A DNA stretch of 64,000 bases from an uncultured Planctomycetota bacterium (GTDB lineage: Bacteria > Planctomycetota > Phycisphaerae > Tepidisphaerales > Tepidisphaeraceae). Below the pieces are notes generated by a model, which was given only the letters and a program-made list of their open reading frames with translations, made no database searches and was not told the origin of the DNA. Below, piece by piece: positions 1-9,999 of this stretch. Location: assembly GCA_963841915.1 (NCBI GenBank), contig CAWJEN010000005.1:1088001-1152000 (forward strand), in the 5' to 3' direction. Position 1 is the stretch's first letter, and each line of letters begins with the position of its first letter. The position numbers and the translations under genes were made by a program.

Positions 1-94
1 GCTCTTTGACGCGGGCAATGATGTCCTCGCCTGAGATGAGCACGCGATCGACGTGGTCGTTAAGTGCATTCTGCGGCGGGTTAGACGTCGGCAT
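1..94 (-). CDS. hpt: Hypoxanthine phosphoribosyltransferase, N-terminal part (runs off window)
   Basis: Manual translation from ATG at 94: MPTSNPPQNALNDHVDRVLISGEDIIARVKE, matching the HPRT N-terminal pattern (D.VLIS.E.I..RV.E); only 31 codons visible. Confidence 0.7.
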   Translation of the reverse strand, partial: MPTSNPPQNALNDHVDRVLISGEDIIARVKE

Positions 95-187
95 GCCGAC
101 GGAGCGTAGCGGCGTTACCCGTTGAGGTGTCGGTTATCGCAACAGCTCGCGACGAATGACAGCATCGCGCCTACAGTCCTCGTCCCC

Positions 188-397
188 ATGATCGAGGCCC
201 TCAAGAGCGACGACATCGTCAACAAGGTCGGCGGCCGATTTCGGCTGACTGCACTCATCCAAAAGCGCCGCGTCGAGCTGATGCGAGGCGGTCGAGCACT
301 CGTCGAGCGGAAGCCCGGCATGACCGACATGGAGGTTGTCATCGAGGAGATCCTCCAGGACAAGATCACCGCCGAGCTGCCGAACTTTGAGGAGTAA
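188..397 (+). CDS. rpoZ: RNA polymerase omega subunit
   Basis: MIEALKSDDIVNKVGGRFRLTALIQKRRVEL...EVVIEEILQDKI is the planctomycete-type omega; ATG at 188. Confidence 0.85.
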   Translation: MIEALKSDDIVNKVGGRFRLTALIQKRRVELMRGGRALVERKPGMTDMEVVIEEILQDKITAELPNFEE

Positions 398-469
398 TTC
401 CAGCGGGCAAACCGTCGTTGAAGCCGCCTTGCGTTGCGAGGCGGCTTCTATTCGTTCACGATCAATTTG

Positions 470-997
470 ATGCTCATCGGCGTTCTGTCTGACACCCACG
501 GCCGCATCGGCCCGCTCCACGAAGCGCTACGGGTGCTGCGGGAGAAGGGCGTCAAGGCTTACCTGCACTGCGGTGACATCGGAGAGCACGGCCCACGCGG
601 CAACCCGCGACCGGTGCTCGACAAGCTGGCCGGCACCGGTTGCCGCTTCGTCTGGGGCAACAACGATGAAGCAGCACCGGCCGATGTGGCCTACGCACGC
701 GACCTCGGGCTCGACCCGCTCGGCGACCGCGCCACGCTGAACCTCGGCGGCTGTCGCATCCGCATCGAGCACGGCGACGACCTGCGCGAGCTGAAACGCC
801 TGACGACGTCAGCCAATGGTGAGTGTGATCTGCTGCTGACGGGCCACAGTCACATTGCACACGACCGCCGCCATGGGACGCTGCGTTGGGTGAATCCCGG
901 TGCCTTGCATCGTGCCAGCGTGTACACGGTCGCAACTGTTGACCTGGCACGCCTTGGTGAAGACGATGCAGTCGAACTTCACACGCTGACGCGATGA
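470..997 (+). CDS. YfcE-family metallophosphoesterase
   Basis: Calcineurin-like motifs SDTHG, HCGD, WGNND, HG, GHSH, VNPG. Confidence 0.9.
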   Translation: MLIGVLSDTHGRIGPLHEALRVLREKGVKAYLHCGDIGEHGPRGNPRPVLDKLAGTGCRFVWGNNDEAAPADVAYARDLGLDPLGDRATLNLGGCRIRIEHGDDLRELKRLTTSANGECDLLLTGHSHIAHDRRHGTLRWVNPGALHRASVYTVATVDLARLGEDDAVELHTLTR

Positions 998-1037
998 GGA
1001 GGCAGAGTCTTCGGAACAAACGAGCTTGACCGCCTGC

Positions 1038-1919
1038 TCAGGCCGCCTGCCGCTCTTCACTCGGGAGCGTCAGGTTCTTGAAGATCTCAACGGTCGCGTT
1101 GCTCTTGTTGAGCGTGTAGAAGTGCAAGCCGTCGACGCCGTGGAAGACGAGGTCCTGGCACTGCCGGGTGGCGTAATCGATACCTGCCTGCTCGACGGCG
1201 GCGGCATCGTCGAGCCGCTCCAGCGCCGTCAGCAGCGGGTGCGGGATCTTGGCACCGCACATCGTCACGAACCGCTTGATCTGGTCGAGCCGCTGGATCG
1301 GCATGATGCCGGCGATGATCGGCACGTTGATACCGATCCGCACGCACTCGTCGCGGAACCGCAGGAAGTCGGCATTGTCGAAGAATAGTTGCGTCACGAC
1401 CGCGTCAGCACCAGCATCAACCTTGGCCTTGAGATGCTCCAGGTCACGCGTGCGGTTCAGGCACTGCGGATGGCCTTCAGGAAAACCGGCGACGGCGGTG
1501 AAGAAGTCGTGGCGATTGCGGACATAGCTGACCATCTCGCCGGCATACTCGAAACCGCCGTCGCACTTCTCCCACTGCCCACCGGCCGGCGGATCGCCAC
1601 GCAAGGCCAGCACGTTGTGGACGTCAGCATCCCATAACTGGTCGAGAATCGACCCGACTTCTTCAGCCGTGTGACCGACACACGTCAGGTGGGCCATCAC
1701 GTCAAGCCCAGTCTCACGACGAATGCGGCGGCACAGGTCGAGTGTCTTCTCCCGCGTGCTGCCACCAGCGCCGTACGTCACGTCGACGAAGGACGGCCCG
1801 AGCGGCTTGAGGGCGGCGATGGTGTCGAAGAGCTTTGCGAACCCCGCGTCGGTCTTGGGCGGAAAGAACTCAAAGCTGACGGCGGGGCGGCCTGTCTGGA
1901 AGTGACGGTCGATCTTCAC
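1038..1919 (-). CDS. metF: 5,10-methylenetetrahydrofolate reductase
   Basis: SFEFFPPKT, VTYGAGG, AHLTC, LALRGDPP, TQLFFD, LHFYTLN. Confidence 0.97.
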   Translation of the reverse strand: MKIDRHFQTGRPAVSFEFFPPKTDAGFAKLFDTIAALKPLGPSFVDVTYGAGGSTREKTLDLCRRIRRETGLDVMAHLTCVGHTAEEVGSILDQLWDADVHNVLALRGDPPAGGQWEKCDGGFEYAGEMVSYVRNRHDFFTAVAGFPEGHPQCLNRTRDLEHLKAKVDAGADAVVTQLFFDNADFLRFRDECVRIGINVPIIAGIMPIQRLDQIKRFVTMCGAKIPHPLLTALERLDDAAAVEQAGIDYATRQCQDLVFHGVDGLHFYTLNKSNATVEIFKNLTLPSEERQAA

Positions 1920-1975
1920 GAGAGCACTCTACCACAGCCCATCCATCCGTCCAGCCGGATGAACGGGTTGTCGTA

Positions 1976-3607
1976 TCACCGTCGGTATGCGGTAGGGTGA
2001 TGTGGATCGACAGGAACGAGAACGGTGGCATCGTCGCCGTCGCGTCTGGGCAGCGGCTGCAGGTTCAGCTGCTCTGCCAACATCGTCGGCAGATAGTCGT
2101 CGCGCTCGTCGTCGTAGACGATGACGACGCCACCCGTTTGTCGAAGGCCCACTGACAAGCGGTCTGCCGCGTCATCGTCAAGCTGTTTGCCGCGAGAGGG
2201 CAGCTTGGCAATGAGGAGCGGGCCGCGGCCGGAAAGGCTTTTGCGGGCGTCGCCATGCGTCAGGACCCACGCACCAGGTGGCAGCATCTCGAGCGCCCAG
2301 GCCGTCACGGGCGAGTCGATCGGCCGAGGCTTGGGGCCGCCGGAGTCTTCGTGCCGCTCGCTGGCGAGCTTGACGACGTACCTGCCGCTGCGGACGACGT
2401 TGAGCAGCACGCAGGTGGCCAGGACGAACGACATTGCCAGCATGATGCCGCGACTGCTTGCGCGGAGCCGGACAAGGTGGCTGAGTCGTGCAATGCCGAT
2501 GGCTGCGATGATGAGCACGATCGCATTCAGCGGGCTCATGACGCGGTAGTCCATCTTGCCGAAGGCGACAGTGGACTGAGCAACACCGATGAAGGCGAAG
2601 TAGCCGAGGCCGGCGAGTACGAGCGTCGAGAGCATCCACGGCTCAGTCGAGGGCGTCGTGATCTCCGCGCGTGTCGACTTGTGTCGCGACCTCCACCATG
2701 CGAAGGCGAAGGCGACCACGACGGCTGCGACCATGGCCAGCAGCCGTGGCAGGCGTGGGTCGCTTCGCATTGGATCGGCCCAGAACCAGTCGACGATGCC
2801 GTCCCAGGCCAGTTGCGTGTTCCAGACGAAGTAGTCGAGTTGCTCTTGCCGTGTCCGGCCGTTGCTGCCGTCGCGGCCTCCCGGTGGGCCACCGACGATG
2901 TTGTTGCGGATCATCCAGCCGACGACGGCGATGCTCGCGACGCCACCGGCAATGGCGGCATCGATCAGGCGACGCTTCCAGTGGCGGACGTGCCACGACC
3001 CGAGGACCAGCAGCAGTCCGGCAGAGCCGATGACAAGCGGCAGACCCGCGTAGCGAACGAGATAGGCCAAGCCTGCTCCCAAACCGATCAGCACCGGCCA
3101 CTGCCATCGCGGTCGAGCGACATGCGTCGCAACGGCCCAGAGCGTCAGCAGCACGAGTGTGATGAAGATGGGCTCGCTCCAGGCGGCGACATAGACCTGA
3201 AGCAGGCGGTGGCTGCACAGCAGCAGCCATGCCGCAACTGCCGCTGGCCAGAGCGAGCGGACGCCGTCAATCTGCACGCGGCGTGTGGCGTGCCACGTCA
3301 TGCCGGCTGCGAGCAGGATCAGTGTCGTGAACAGAATGACGTGCAACGGCTTGTTGACGACAAGCGGATCAACGCCTGCGACCCAGCCGAGGCTGCCGAT
3401 GACGGCGGGATAGCCGGCCGGCCACCAGGTGATCGGCTCGTACGTCGGGACGCCGTCGATGACGGAGACGGTGGCAGAGCCGTGACCGGAGGCGATCGAG
3501 CGGGCGGCTTGGGCGTATTTGAGCGAGTCGTTGCTGAGGCTCATGCCCCGGCTCGTCGCGTACCAGAGCACTCCACACGCAATAACCGCCGCCAGTGCAA
3601 TCAGCAT
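1976..3607 (-). CDS. Polytopic membrane protein, GT-C (ArnT/PMT-like) glycosyltransferase
   Basis: DS..Y loop after first TM helix, WWPAGYP, WSEPIF, LVRYAG, DYRVMSP; many TM segments; start uncertain (ORF extends to 3724 overlapping pilB). Confidence 0.65.
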   Translation of the reverse strand: MLIALAAVIACGVLWYATSRGMSLSNDSLKYAQAARSIASGHGSATVSVIDGVPTYEPITWWPAGYPAVIGSLGWVAGVDPLVVNKPLHVILFTTLILLAAGMTWHATRRVQIDGVRSLWPAAVAAWLLLCSHRLLQVYVAAWSEPIFITLVLLTLWAVATHVARPRWQWPVLIGLGAGLAYLVRYAGLPLVIGSAGLLLVLGSWHVRHWKRRLIDAAIAGGVASIAVVGWMIRNNIVGGPPGGRDGSNGRTRQEQLDYFVWNTQLAWDGIVDWFWADPMRSDPRLPRLLAMVAAVVVAFAFAWWRSRHKSTRAEITTPSTEPWMLSTLVLAGLGYFAFIGVAQSTVAFGKMDYRVMSPLNAIVLIIAAIGIARLSHLVRLRASSRGIMLAMSFVLATCVLLNVVRSGRYVVKLASERHEDSGGPKPRPIDSPVTAWALEMLPPGAWVLTHGDARKSLSGRGPLLIAKLPSRGKQLDDDAADRLSVGLRQTGGVVIVYDDERDDYLPTMLAEQLNLQPLPRRDGDDATVLVPVDPHHPTAYRR

Positions 3608-3647
3608 GGCGGCGGTGAGATTTGAAGCGTTCCAGAACGTCCGTCCG

Positions 3648-5417
3648 TCAGGCTTCTTCAACGATCGTCTCCCGGACGACTTCTTCGATGCTGGTTTCGC
3701 CGTCGAAGATGGCGTTAAGGCCACTTTCGCGGAGCGACTTCATGCCGAGCTTGCGCGCCTGATTGCGAATCTGCTGGGTGCTGGCGTGGGCGACGATCAT
3801 GTCACGCATGTCGTCATCAAGGCCCATGATCTCAAAAATGCCCATACGGCCTTTGTAGCCGGTGTTGTTACACGCGTCGCAGCCCTTGCCGTAGTAGAAG
3901 ACGTGACCTTTGGCCGTTTCTTCGGTGAGTTCCAACTCCATGAGCTGCTCGAGCGGTGGCGTGTACTCCGTCTTGCACTTCGTGCAGATCTTGCGGACAA
4001 GCCGCTGGGCGACCACGCCTTCGAGCACGGCCGTCACGAGGAACGGCTCGAGGCCGAGGTCGAGCATTCGGGCGATGGCCGACGGTGCGTCATTGGTGTG
4101 CAGCGTCGAGAAGACAAGGTGACCCGTCAGGGCAGCCTGCACGCTGATTTCCGCCGTTTCCTTATCGCGAATTTCACCGACGAGCACGACATCGGGGTCC
4201 TGACGCAGCATGGAGCGGAGAATGCGGCCGAACGTCATGCCGATGTCTGGCTTGATCTGGCACTGGATGATGCCGTCGATGTCGTATTCGACCGGATCTT
4301 CGGCCGTAATGAGCTTGGCCTCAGTTGTATTGAGTTCACGTAGGGCCGAGTAGAGCGTTGTCGTCTTACCCGAGCCGGTTGGACCGGTGACGATGACGAT
4401 GCCGTTGGGCCGGTGAATGAGCGCACGGATGGCCTCGAGGTCTGCCTTGTTGAGGCCGATGCGGTCGAGGTCGAGATTGACGTTGCCACGGTCCAGCACG
4501 CGCATCACGACGCTTTCACCGAACATCGTCGGCAGGACGCTGACGCGAAGGTCGATGGGCTGGTTGTTGACGGTCAGCTCGATGCGGCCGTCCTGCGGCA
4601 CCCGCCGCTCGGCGATGTCGAGGTTGGCCATGACCTTCACACGCGAGCTGATGGCCGGCGCGATGTGTGACGGCGGCGGCATCATTTCGTACAGCACGCC
4701 GTCGATGCGGTACCGGATCTTGAACTCGTCCTCGAACGGCTCGAAGTGAACGTCGGAGGCCTTGTCCTTGATCGCCTGAAGCAGGACAAGATTGATGAGC
4801 TTCTTGACAGGATTGCTGTCGGCGGCACCTTTGAGGTCGTCGAGGTCGATCGACGCGTCGCCGCCTTTCTTGGCAAGCGTCTTCAGCGACGCGTCGTTCT
4901 CGAAATCACCCATCAGGCTGCTGAAGCTCTCAGCGTCCTGGGCGTAGTGCTTCTTGATCAGCGCCTCGATCTTGTCCTTGTCGCCAATCTTGGCGTCGAC
5001 CTGGTACCCCATGAGGGTCCGCAAGTCGTCGAGGGCCTGAAAGTTGTCGTGCGAGGCCATCGCGACGATGAGCCGCTTCTTGGCGGCGTCGTACTTGACG
5101 GGCAGCACCTTGTGCGTCTGGGCCGTCTGGGCCGGAACGGCTGCGATGGCGTCGTCGGGGATCTCGATGCCTTCGAGGTCGATCAGCTCGTACCCCTGCT
5201 GGGCGGCAAGGGCGATGTTGAGGTCACCGGCCGTGATGTGGCCGAGGTCGACCATGATCTGGCCGAGCGGTCCACCCGACCGCTTCTGGAAGTTGAGGGC
5301 GTCGACGACCTGCTCACGGGAGACGCGGCCCATCTTGTTGAGCACGCGACCCAGCGGACGACCTTTCAATTGCTCGACGGGCGGGATCGGCTTGGCGGGG
5401 GCTGCGGGGGAACTCAT
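3648..5417 (-). CDS. pilB: Type IV pilus assembly / T2SS ATPase (PilB/GspE family)
   Basis: N-terminal MshEN-like LGRVL/LGQIMV, ASDVHFEP, Walker A GPTGSGKTTTLY, LRQDPD, GEIRD, STLHTND, two CxxC. Confidence 0.93.
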   Translation of the reverse strand: MSSPAAPAKPIPPVEQLKGRPLGRVLNKMGRVSREQVVDALNFQKRSGGPLGQIMVDLGHITAGDLNIALAAQQGYELIDLEGIEIPDDAIAAVPAQTAQTHKVLPVKYDAAKKRLIVAMASHDNFQALDDLRTLMGYQVDAKIGDKDKIEALIKKHYAQDAESFSSLMGDFENDASLKTLAKKGGDASIDLDDLKGAADSNPVKKLINLVLLQAIKDKASDVHFEPFEDEFKIRYRIDGVLYEMMPPPSHIAPAISSRVKVMANLDIAERRVPQDGRIELTVNNQPIDLRVSVLPTMFGESVVMRVLDRGNVNLDLDRIGLNKADLEAIRALIHRPNGIVIVTGPTGSGKTTTLYSALRELNTTEAKLITAEDPVEYDIDGIIQCQIKPDIGMTFGRILRSMLRQDPDVVLVGEIRDKETAEISVQAALTGHLVFSTLHTNDAPSAIARMLDLGLEPFLVTAVLEGVVAQRLVRKICTKCKTEYTPPLEQLMELELTEETAKGHVFYYGKGCDACNNTGYKGRMGIFEIMGLDDDMRDMIVAHASTQQIRNQARKLGMKSLRESGLNAIFDGETSIEEVVRETIVEEA

Positions 5418-5478
5418 GGGGCGTTGGTGCGGGAAATCGAAAGCTCAAGCCAATGCGGCAGACAACGTTACCTCAAAC

Positions 5479-6696
5479 TCACTTCGAACCGGCCATCCGC
5501 TGACGCCGTTGGGCGACTTCGGCAGCCTTGGCGTCGGGCGACTTGGGACCGTTCTTCGAGTCGCTGTCTTTGCCCGACTCTTCGGCTTCGGCGATAAGGG
5601 CTTCGTCTTCGACCTCAACGTCGACGCCGAGCTTGTTGATGCGGTCCATCATGTAACCCGGGTTCTTGCTCTTGTCGATGCAGTCTTCGGCACTGATGGC
5701 ACCTTCCATGAAGTGCGCCCAGAGGTTGTCGTCGAGCAATTGCATGCCGTAACGGGCACCGGTCTGGATTTCGGAGTCGATGCGGAACGACTTGTTCTCG
5801 CGGATGAGGTTCTGAATGGCGGGCGTGACGTACATGAACTCATATGCCGCCAGCATGCCACCTTCGATGTCGATGCGTGGCATCAGTGCCTGACTCAGCA
5901 CGGCGATGAGGTTGTTGGCCAGCTGCACGCGAACCTGCTCCTGCTGGTCCGTTGGGAAGGCATCAATGATGCGGTTGATCGTTGAGGCGGCACCGCTGGT
6001 GTGCAGCGTGCCGAACACAAGGTGACCCGTCTCGGCAGCGGTGATGGCCGAGCCGATCGTCGCGAGGTCACGCATTTCGCCGACGAGCATGACGTCCGGG
6101 TCCTGACGCAACGCACGACGCAACGCTTCGGAGAACGACGGCACGTCGACGCCGATCTCGCGTTGGACGACAATTGATTTCTTGTGCGGGTGGTAGTACT
6201 CGATGGGGTCTTCCATCGTGATGATGTGCCGCTCGAACTGCTCGTTGATGTAGTTGATCATGCAGGCCAGCGTCGTCGTCTTACCCGAACCGGTCGGACC
6301 GGTGACGAGGAAGATGCCGCGTGGTCGACGGCAAATCTGGCGGGCCATGTCTGGTAGGCCGATCTGCTCGAACGTCAGGATCGTGTTCGGAATCCGCCGC
6401 AGCACGAGCGACGTGTAGCCCTTCTGCTTGAAGATGGCGACGCGGAAACGGGCCTCGGCACCGAAGGCGAAGCCGAAGTCACCGCTGCCGGTCTCTTCGA
6501 ACTCCTGCTGGATACGCTCCGGCGTGATGGCCTTCATGAGCGAGGCCGTGTCCTCGCCCTCGAGCGTCTTGGTCTGCAGCTCGCGAAGTCGGCCGCTGAG
6601 GCGCAGCGTCGGCGGCTTGCCGACGGCAAGGTGCAAGTCGGCCGCCTTCCGCTTGATCACGGTCTCGAGCAGCTTGTCAATCTGGATAGTGGCCAT
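5479..6696 (-). CDS. pilT: Type IV pilus retraction ATPase
   Basis: AADLHL, GPTGSGKTTT, EDPIEY, LRQDPD, GEMRD, TLHT, AIQNLIRE (AIRNLIRE motif), GMQL. Confidence 0.95.
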   Translation of the reverse strand: MATIQIDKLLETVIKRKAADLHLAVGKPPTLRLSGRLRELQTKTLEGEDTASLMKAITPERIQQEFEETGSGDFGFAFGAEARFRVAIFKQKGYTSLVLRRIPNTILTFEQIGLPDMARQICRRPRGIFLVTGPTGSGKTTTLACMINYINEQFERHIITMEDPIEYYHPHKKSIVVQREIGVDVPSFSEALRRALRQDPDVMLVGEMRDLATIGSAITAAETGHLVFGTLHTSGAASTINRIIDAFPTDQQEQVRVQLANNLIAVLSQALMPRIDIEGGMLAAYEFMYVTPAIQNLIRENKSFRIDSEIQTGARYGMQLLDDNLWAHFMEGAISAEDCIDKSKNPGYMMDRINKLGVDVEVEDEALIAEAEESGKDSDSKNGPKSPDAKAAEVAQRRQRMAGSK

Positions 6697-6799
6697 CGGC
6701 GGTCTTGGTGCGGAAGTGGGGGCTCAGCCGGTTTCGAACGATCCGTCGACGGTCACTGCCGGGCTGATGCGGCGACCGTTCACGCTAGACGCGAGCGTC

Positions 6800-8671
6800 T
6801 CAGACGGCAGCCGCCTCGGGCTCAGGCGTCTCGAACGAGCTTGCGTTCGATGAATCATTCGATTCGCCCGACTCGTCTTCCTCGTCCTCCATGCCGCCGC
6901 TGGCGACGACGTCGGCCTGGGCGACCTTGATGATCTCCTCAGCGGTTGTGACGCCTCGCACAACCTTGATGCGGCCGTCAGCCAGAAGCGATTTCATGCC
7001 GCTGCGAATCGCTGCCTGGCGAATCTTGTTCGTTGGGGCACGATCGAACGCGAGCGTGCGCAGCTCGTTGTTCATCTGCATCATCTCGAACACTGCCAAG
7101 CGGCCACGGAAGCCGGTGTTGCTGCAGTGCTCGCACCCGCGCGCTTTGTAAAGCGTCACATCCTTGAGGTCTTCCTTCTTGAAGCCGGCCAGACGCAACC
7201 ACTTCCAATCCGGATCGCTGTCGGGCTGCTTGCACTTCTCGCAGAGCGTTCGCACCAGCCGCTGGGCCATAACGGCCTGGATCGACGAAGCGACCAGGAA
7301 CGGCTTGACGCCCATGTCGATCAGACGCGTGATGGCCGACGGCGCGTCGTTCGTGTGCAGCGTGCTGAACACGAGGTGACCCGTCAGTGCCGCCTGGATG
7401 GCGATTTCTGCCACTTCGAGGTCGCGAATTTCGCCCACGAGAATGACGTTCGGTGCCTGACGCAACATGGACCGCAGCACGGCCTTAAATGTCAGGCCGA
7501 CGTTGTCACGGACCTGACACTGGTTGATGCCTGGGAAGTTGTATTCGACCGGGTCTTCGGCCGTGATGATCTTGCGGTCGGGGCGGTTGAGGACGTTGAG
7601 GGCACCGTAGAGCGTCGTGGTCTTACCCGAACCGGTCGGCCCGGTGACGAGGAAGATGCCGTTGGGCCGCCGGATGATCTTCTGAAACGTGGCGTTGTCT
7701 TCTTCCTCGAAGCCCATGTTCTCCAGGCCGATGCGGACGTTGTCGGGACGAAGAATACGGAGCACGACCGACTCGCCGTGGTAGGCCGGCAGGCACGAGA
7801 CGCGGAAGTCGATCTGCTGACCGTCGACGGTCATCTTGATGCGGCCGTCCTGGGGCAGCCGCTTTTCGGCGATGTCGACACCGGCCATGATCTTGATGCG
7901 GCTGATCATCGGGCCACGCATGCGGACCGGAATGTTGTCACGTTCGACGTTCTCGCCGTCGATGCGGTACCGCACGCGGACACGGTCCTTCATCGGCTCG
8001 ATGTGAATGTCGCTCGCCCGCCCGCGAACGGCCTCGGCGATGATCGCGTGCACCAGCTTGATGACGGGCGCCTGCGTCGGGTCGTCCATCACCTCTTCGC
8101 CGACGCCTGCCAAGTCGACGGAGCGGTCGACGGAGCGGTCGACCGACTTATCGACGGAACGGTCGACCGACTGGTCGAGGCTCTCGCGCAGCCGGTCGAC
8201 CGTGCGGTCCATCGTCTGGTCGATGGTGTTGGCCGCCGACTTGCTGAAGAGTTCGTCGATGACCGCCTTGATGCGGTCACGCGGGGCCAGCACCGGGCGG
8301 ATGTCCTTGCCCAGGCGGAACCGCAGGACGTCCTGGAGCTCCATGTCGAGCGGGTCGTGCAGGGCGATCCGCAGCTTGCCGTTCTCCGTGCCGAGCGGCA
8401 GGATCAGGTGCTTTTGCATCAAATCGTCCGGCACCGCGTTGATGGCACCGGGCGGAACGCTCGTCTTGTCGAGGTCGACGTACTCCATCCCCTGCTGGGC
8501 AGCGAGGGCCTTGTAGACGTTGGCGTCGGTGCACAGCTTGAGGTCGACGAGGGCTTCACCGACGCGGAAACGCTTCTTCTTGGCGTGTGCGAGGCCCTTT
8601 TCGACCTCTTTGACGTTGATGACGCCGAAGTCGACCAGGATCTCGCCGAGGCGCTTTTGCGACTTTGCCAT
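6800..8671 (-). CDS. pilB: Second PilB/GspE-family ATPase
   Basis: RLGEIL N-terminus (ATG 8671), ASDIHIEP, GPTGSGKTTTLY, LRQAP, STLHTND, two CxxC. Confidence 0.9.
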   Translation of the reverse strand: MAKSQKRLGEILVDFGVINVKEVEKGLAHAKKKRFRVGEALVDLKLCTDANVYKALAAQQGMEYVDLDKTSVPPGAINAVPDDLMQKHLILPLGTENGKLRIALHDPLDMELQDVLRFRLGKDIRPVLAPRDRIKAVIDELFSKSAANTIDQTMDRTVDRLRESLDQSVDRSVDKSVDRSVDRSVDLAGVGEEVMDDPTQAPVIKLVHAIIAEAVRGRASDIHIEPMKDRVRVRYRIDGENVERDNIPVRMRGPMISRIKIMAGVDIAEKRLPQDGRIKMTVDGQQIDFRVSCLPAYHGESVVLRILRPDNVRIGLENMGFEEEDNATFQKIIRRPNGIFLVTGPTGSGKTTTLYGALNVLNRPDRKIITAEDPVEYNFPGINQCQVRDNVGLTFKAVLRSMLRQAPNVILVGEIRDLEVAEIAIQAALTGHLVFSTLHTNDAPSAITRLIDMGVKPFLVASSIQAVMAQRLVRTLCEKCKQPDSDPDWKWLRLAGFKKEDLKDVTLYKARGCEHCSNTGFRGRLAVFEMMQMNNELRTLAFDRAPTNKIRQAAIRSGMKSLLADGRIKVVRGVTTAEEIIKVAQADVVASGGMEDEEDESGESNDSSNASSFETPEPEAAAV

Positions 8672-8800
8672 GTGCTCGTACTCCTCTAACAGGCCTTGCC
8701 GCGTAGGACACGCGACCGAATCGGTGGGATCACCATTGTAACCCGCCCGGCCGCAGCAGGGCAAGGTACGCCGATTCGGGCTCACCCGATAACGCAACAG

Positions 8801-8824
8801 GCCAAGCCACGTCCGTGGCTTGGC
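8801..8824 (-). terminator. Hairpin after spondin/PEP-CTERM gene
   Basis: gccaagccac-gtcc-gtggcttggc perfect 10-bp stem; weak U tract. Confidence 0.55.
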
Positions 8825-8854
8825 TCTGATCAGTCTTCCAACGGTTCAGCGTGA

Positions 8855-9625
8855 TCAGCGACCGCGACGACGCAGCAAGATCATGCCCGCCATTCCGGCA
8901 ACCGCTGCCGTCGTCGGCTCGGGCACGACGGTGAACGAGATGCGGTAGATCGGCGTCGAGGCCGTCAGATTCGTGTCGAGCGTGTAGCCGGCCGGCGTGT
9001 CGACGCCGTCGAAGACGTCGAGCTCGCTGAAGTCGAAAGCGACCGTTCCACCTTCTTCGACCCGGTTGGCGTTGGTTCCGCCGACGACGAACGCACCGTT
9101 GGCCGGAATGGCGACCTCACTGTTGGCATCCCAAATTTCGGCGGCCGTTTGCGTGATCTCGCTGATGAGCAGGTTACCGGCGTCGTCAAACAGGCGGTAC
9201 TGCGTGGGGCTGTCGTTGCCGAGGAAGAGGTCGTTGCTCGGGATCACCATGTTGGCAAAGGTGAAGAACTCGTTGACGTCCGTATTGACGTCAAAGACGC
9301 CGGTCGCTGTTGCTCCGGGCAAGAGCGGGCCACCGTTAACAATGCTGCCGCGAACGGAGAAGGGCTCGGCGGTGGCGGCTTCGTCGAACCAGACGTCACC
9401 AACGCCACCCTCAGCGACGCTGATGATGCCTGCGCCCGGTGCGGCATTGATGTCGAATGCATCAAAAGTGCCGTTTCCGAAGACAACGCGGAGCGGGGCA
9501 AACGAGACGTCGTTGGCCGGGGCGAGGTTCTCGACCGTCACCTGAACCGGCACGGTCTGGGCGCTGGCGAAGGAAGGGACCGCCAGTGCGGCTGCGGCGA
9601 TGAGGCTTTTATTCAATTTGGGCAT
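8855..9625 (-). CDS. Spondin_N domain protein with PEP-CTERM sorting signal
   Basis: Signal peptide, SFAPL, VAEGG, MVIPSNDLF, IWDANSE; C-terminal VPEP + TM + RRRGR. Confidence 0.85.
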   Translation of the reverse strand: MPKLNKSLIAAAALAVPSFASAQTVPVQVTVENLAPANDVSFAPLRVVFGNGTFDAFDINAAPGAGIISVAEGGVGDVWFDEAATAEPFSVRGSIVNGGPLLPGATATGVFDVNTDVNEFFTFANMVIPSNDLFLGNDSPTQYRLFDDAGNLLISEITQTAAEIWDANSEVAIPANGAFVVGGTNANRVEEGGTVAFDFSELDVFDGVDTPAGYTLDTNLTASTPIYRISFTVVPEPTTAAVAGMAGMILLRRRGR

Positions 9626-9747
9626 GTTCGTGGGCTTTGTGGTTCAAAACGGGGCAACGTCGTCGCCACCCTCGCCCGGTAATCGAACGATCTGGCTCCT
9701 CCTTTCATGACTTTGAGATTTCGCTAATTTCGCAGAGGTGACGGGCG

Positions 9748-9966
9748 TCACCTGTCGTCATGCCGCTCGCGGTACGCCTCGACCACCTCGTCCATGCGCT
9801 TCATTTGAACAGCACCTTTCTTGCACGGCTTGCAGATCGCGCGATGCAGCCGCTCGGCGATGCGTTCGGCACGACTGGCCTCGCCGTACCCGGCTTTGAG
9901 CCGGATTAGCTCCGCCTGCTCACAGCGGCAGGTCAGGATCAGGAGGATGTGACGGAGGGCGTCCAA
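9748..9966 (-). CDS. Putative zf-HC2-type anti-sigma factor
   Basis: C...RLHRAICKPC (HxxxCxxC) directly downstream of an ECF sigma gene. Confidence 0.7.
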   Translation of the reverse strand: MDALRHILLILTCRCEQAELIRLKAGYGEASRAERIAERLHRAICKPCKKGAVQMKRMDEVVEAYRERHDDR

Positions 9967-9999
9967 CGGTCGTGTGCGTGAGCTGAGAAGGTGCTGTCG

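Noticed and set aside
8779..8791. 13-bp match ggctcacccgata shared with 21559-21571 as a regulatory motif
   Set aside because: Only two copies; a 13-mer match of this kind can arise by chance.
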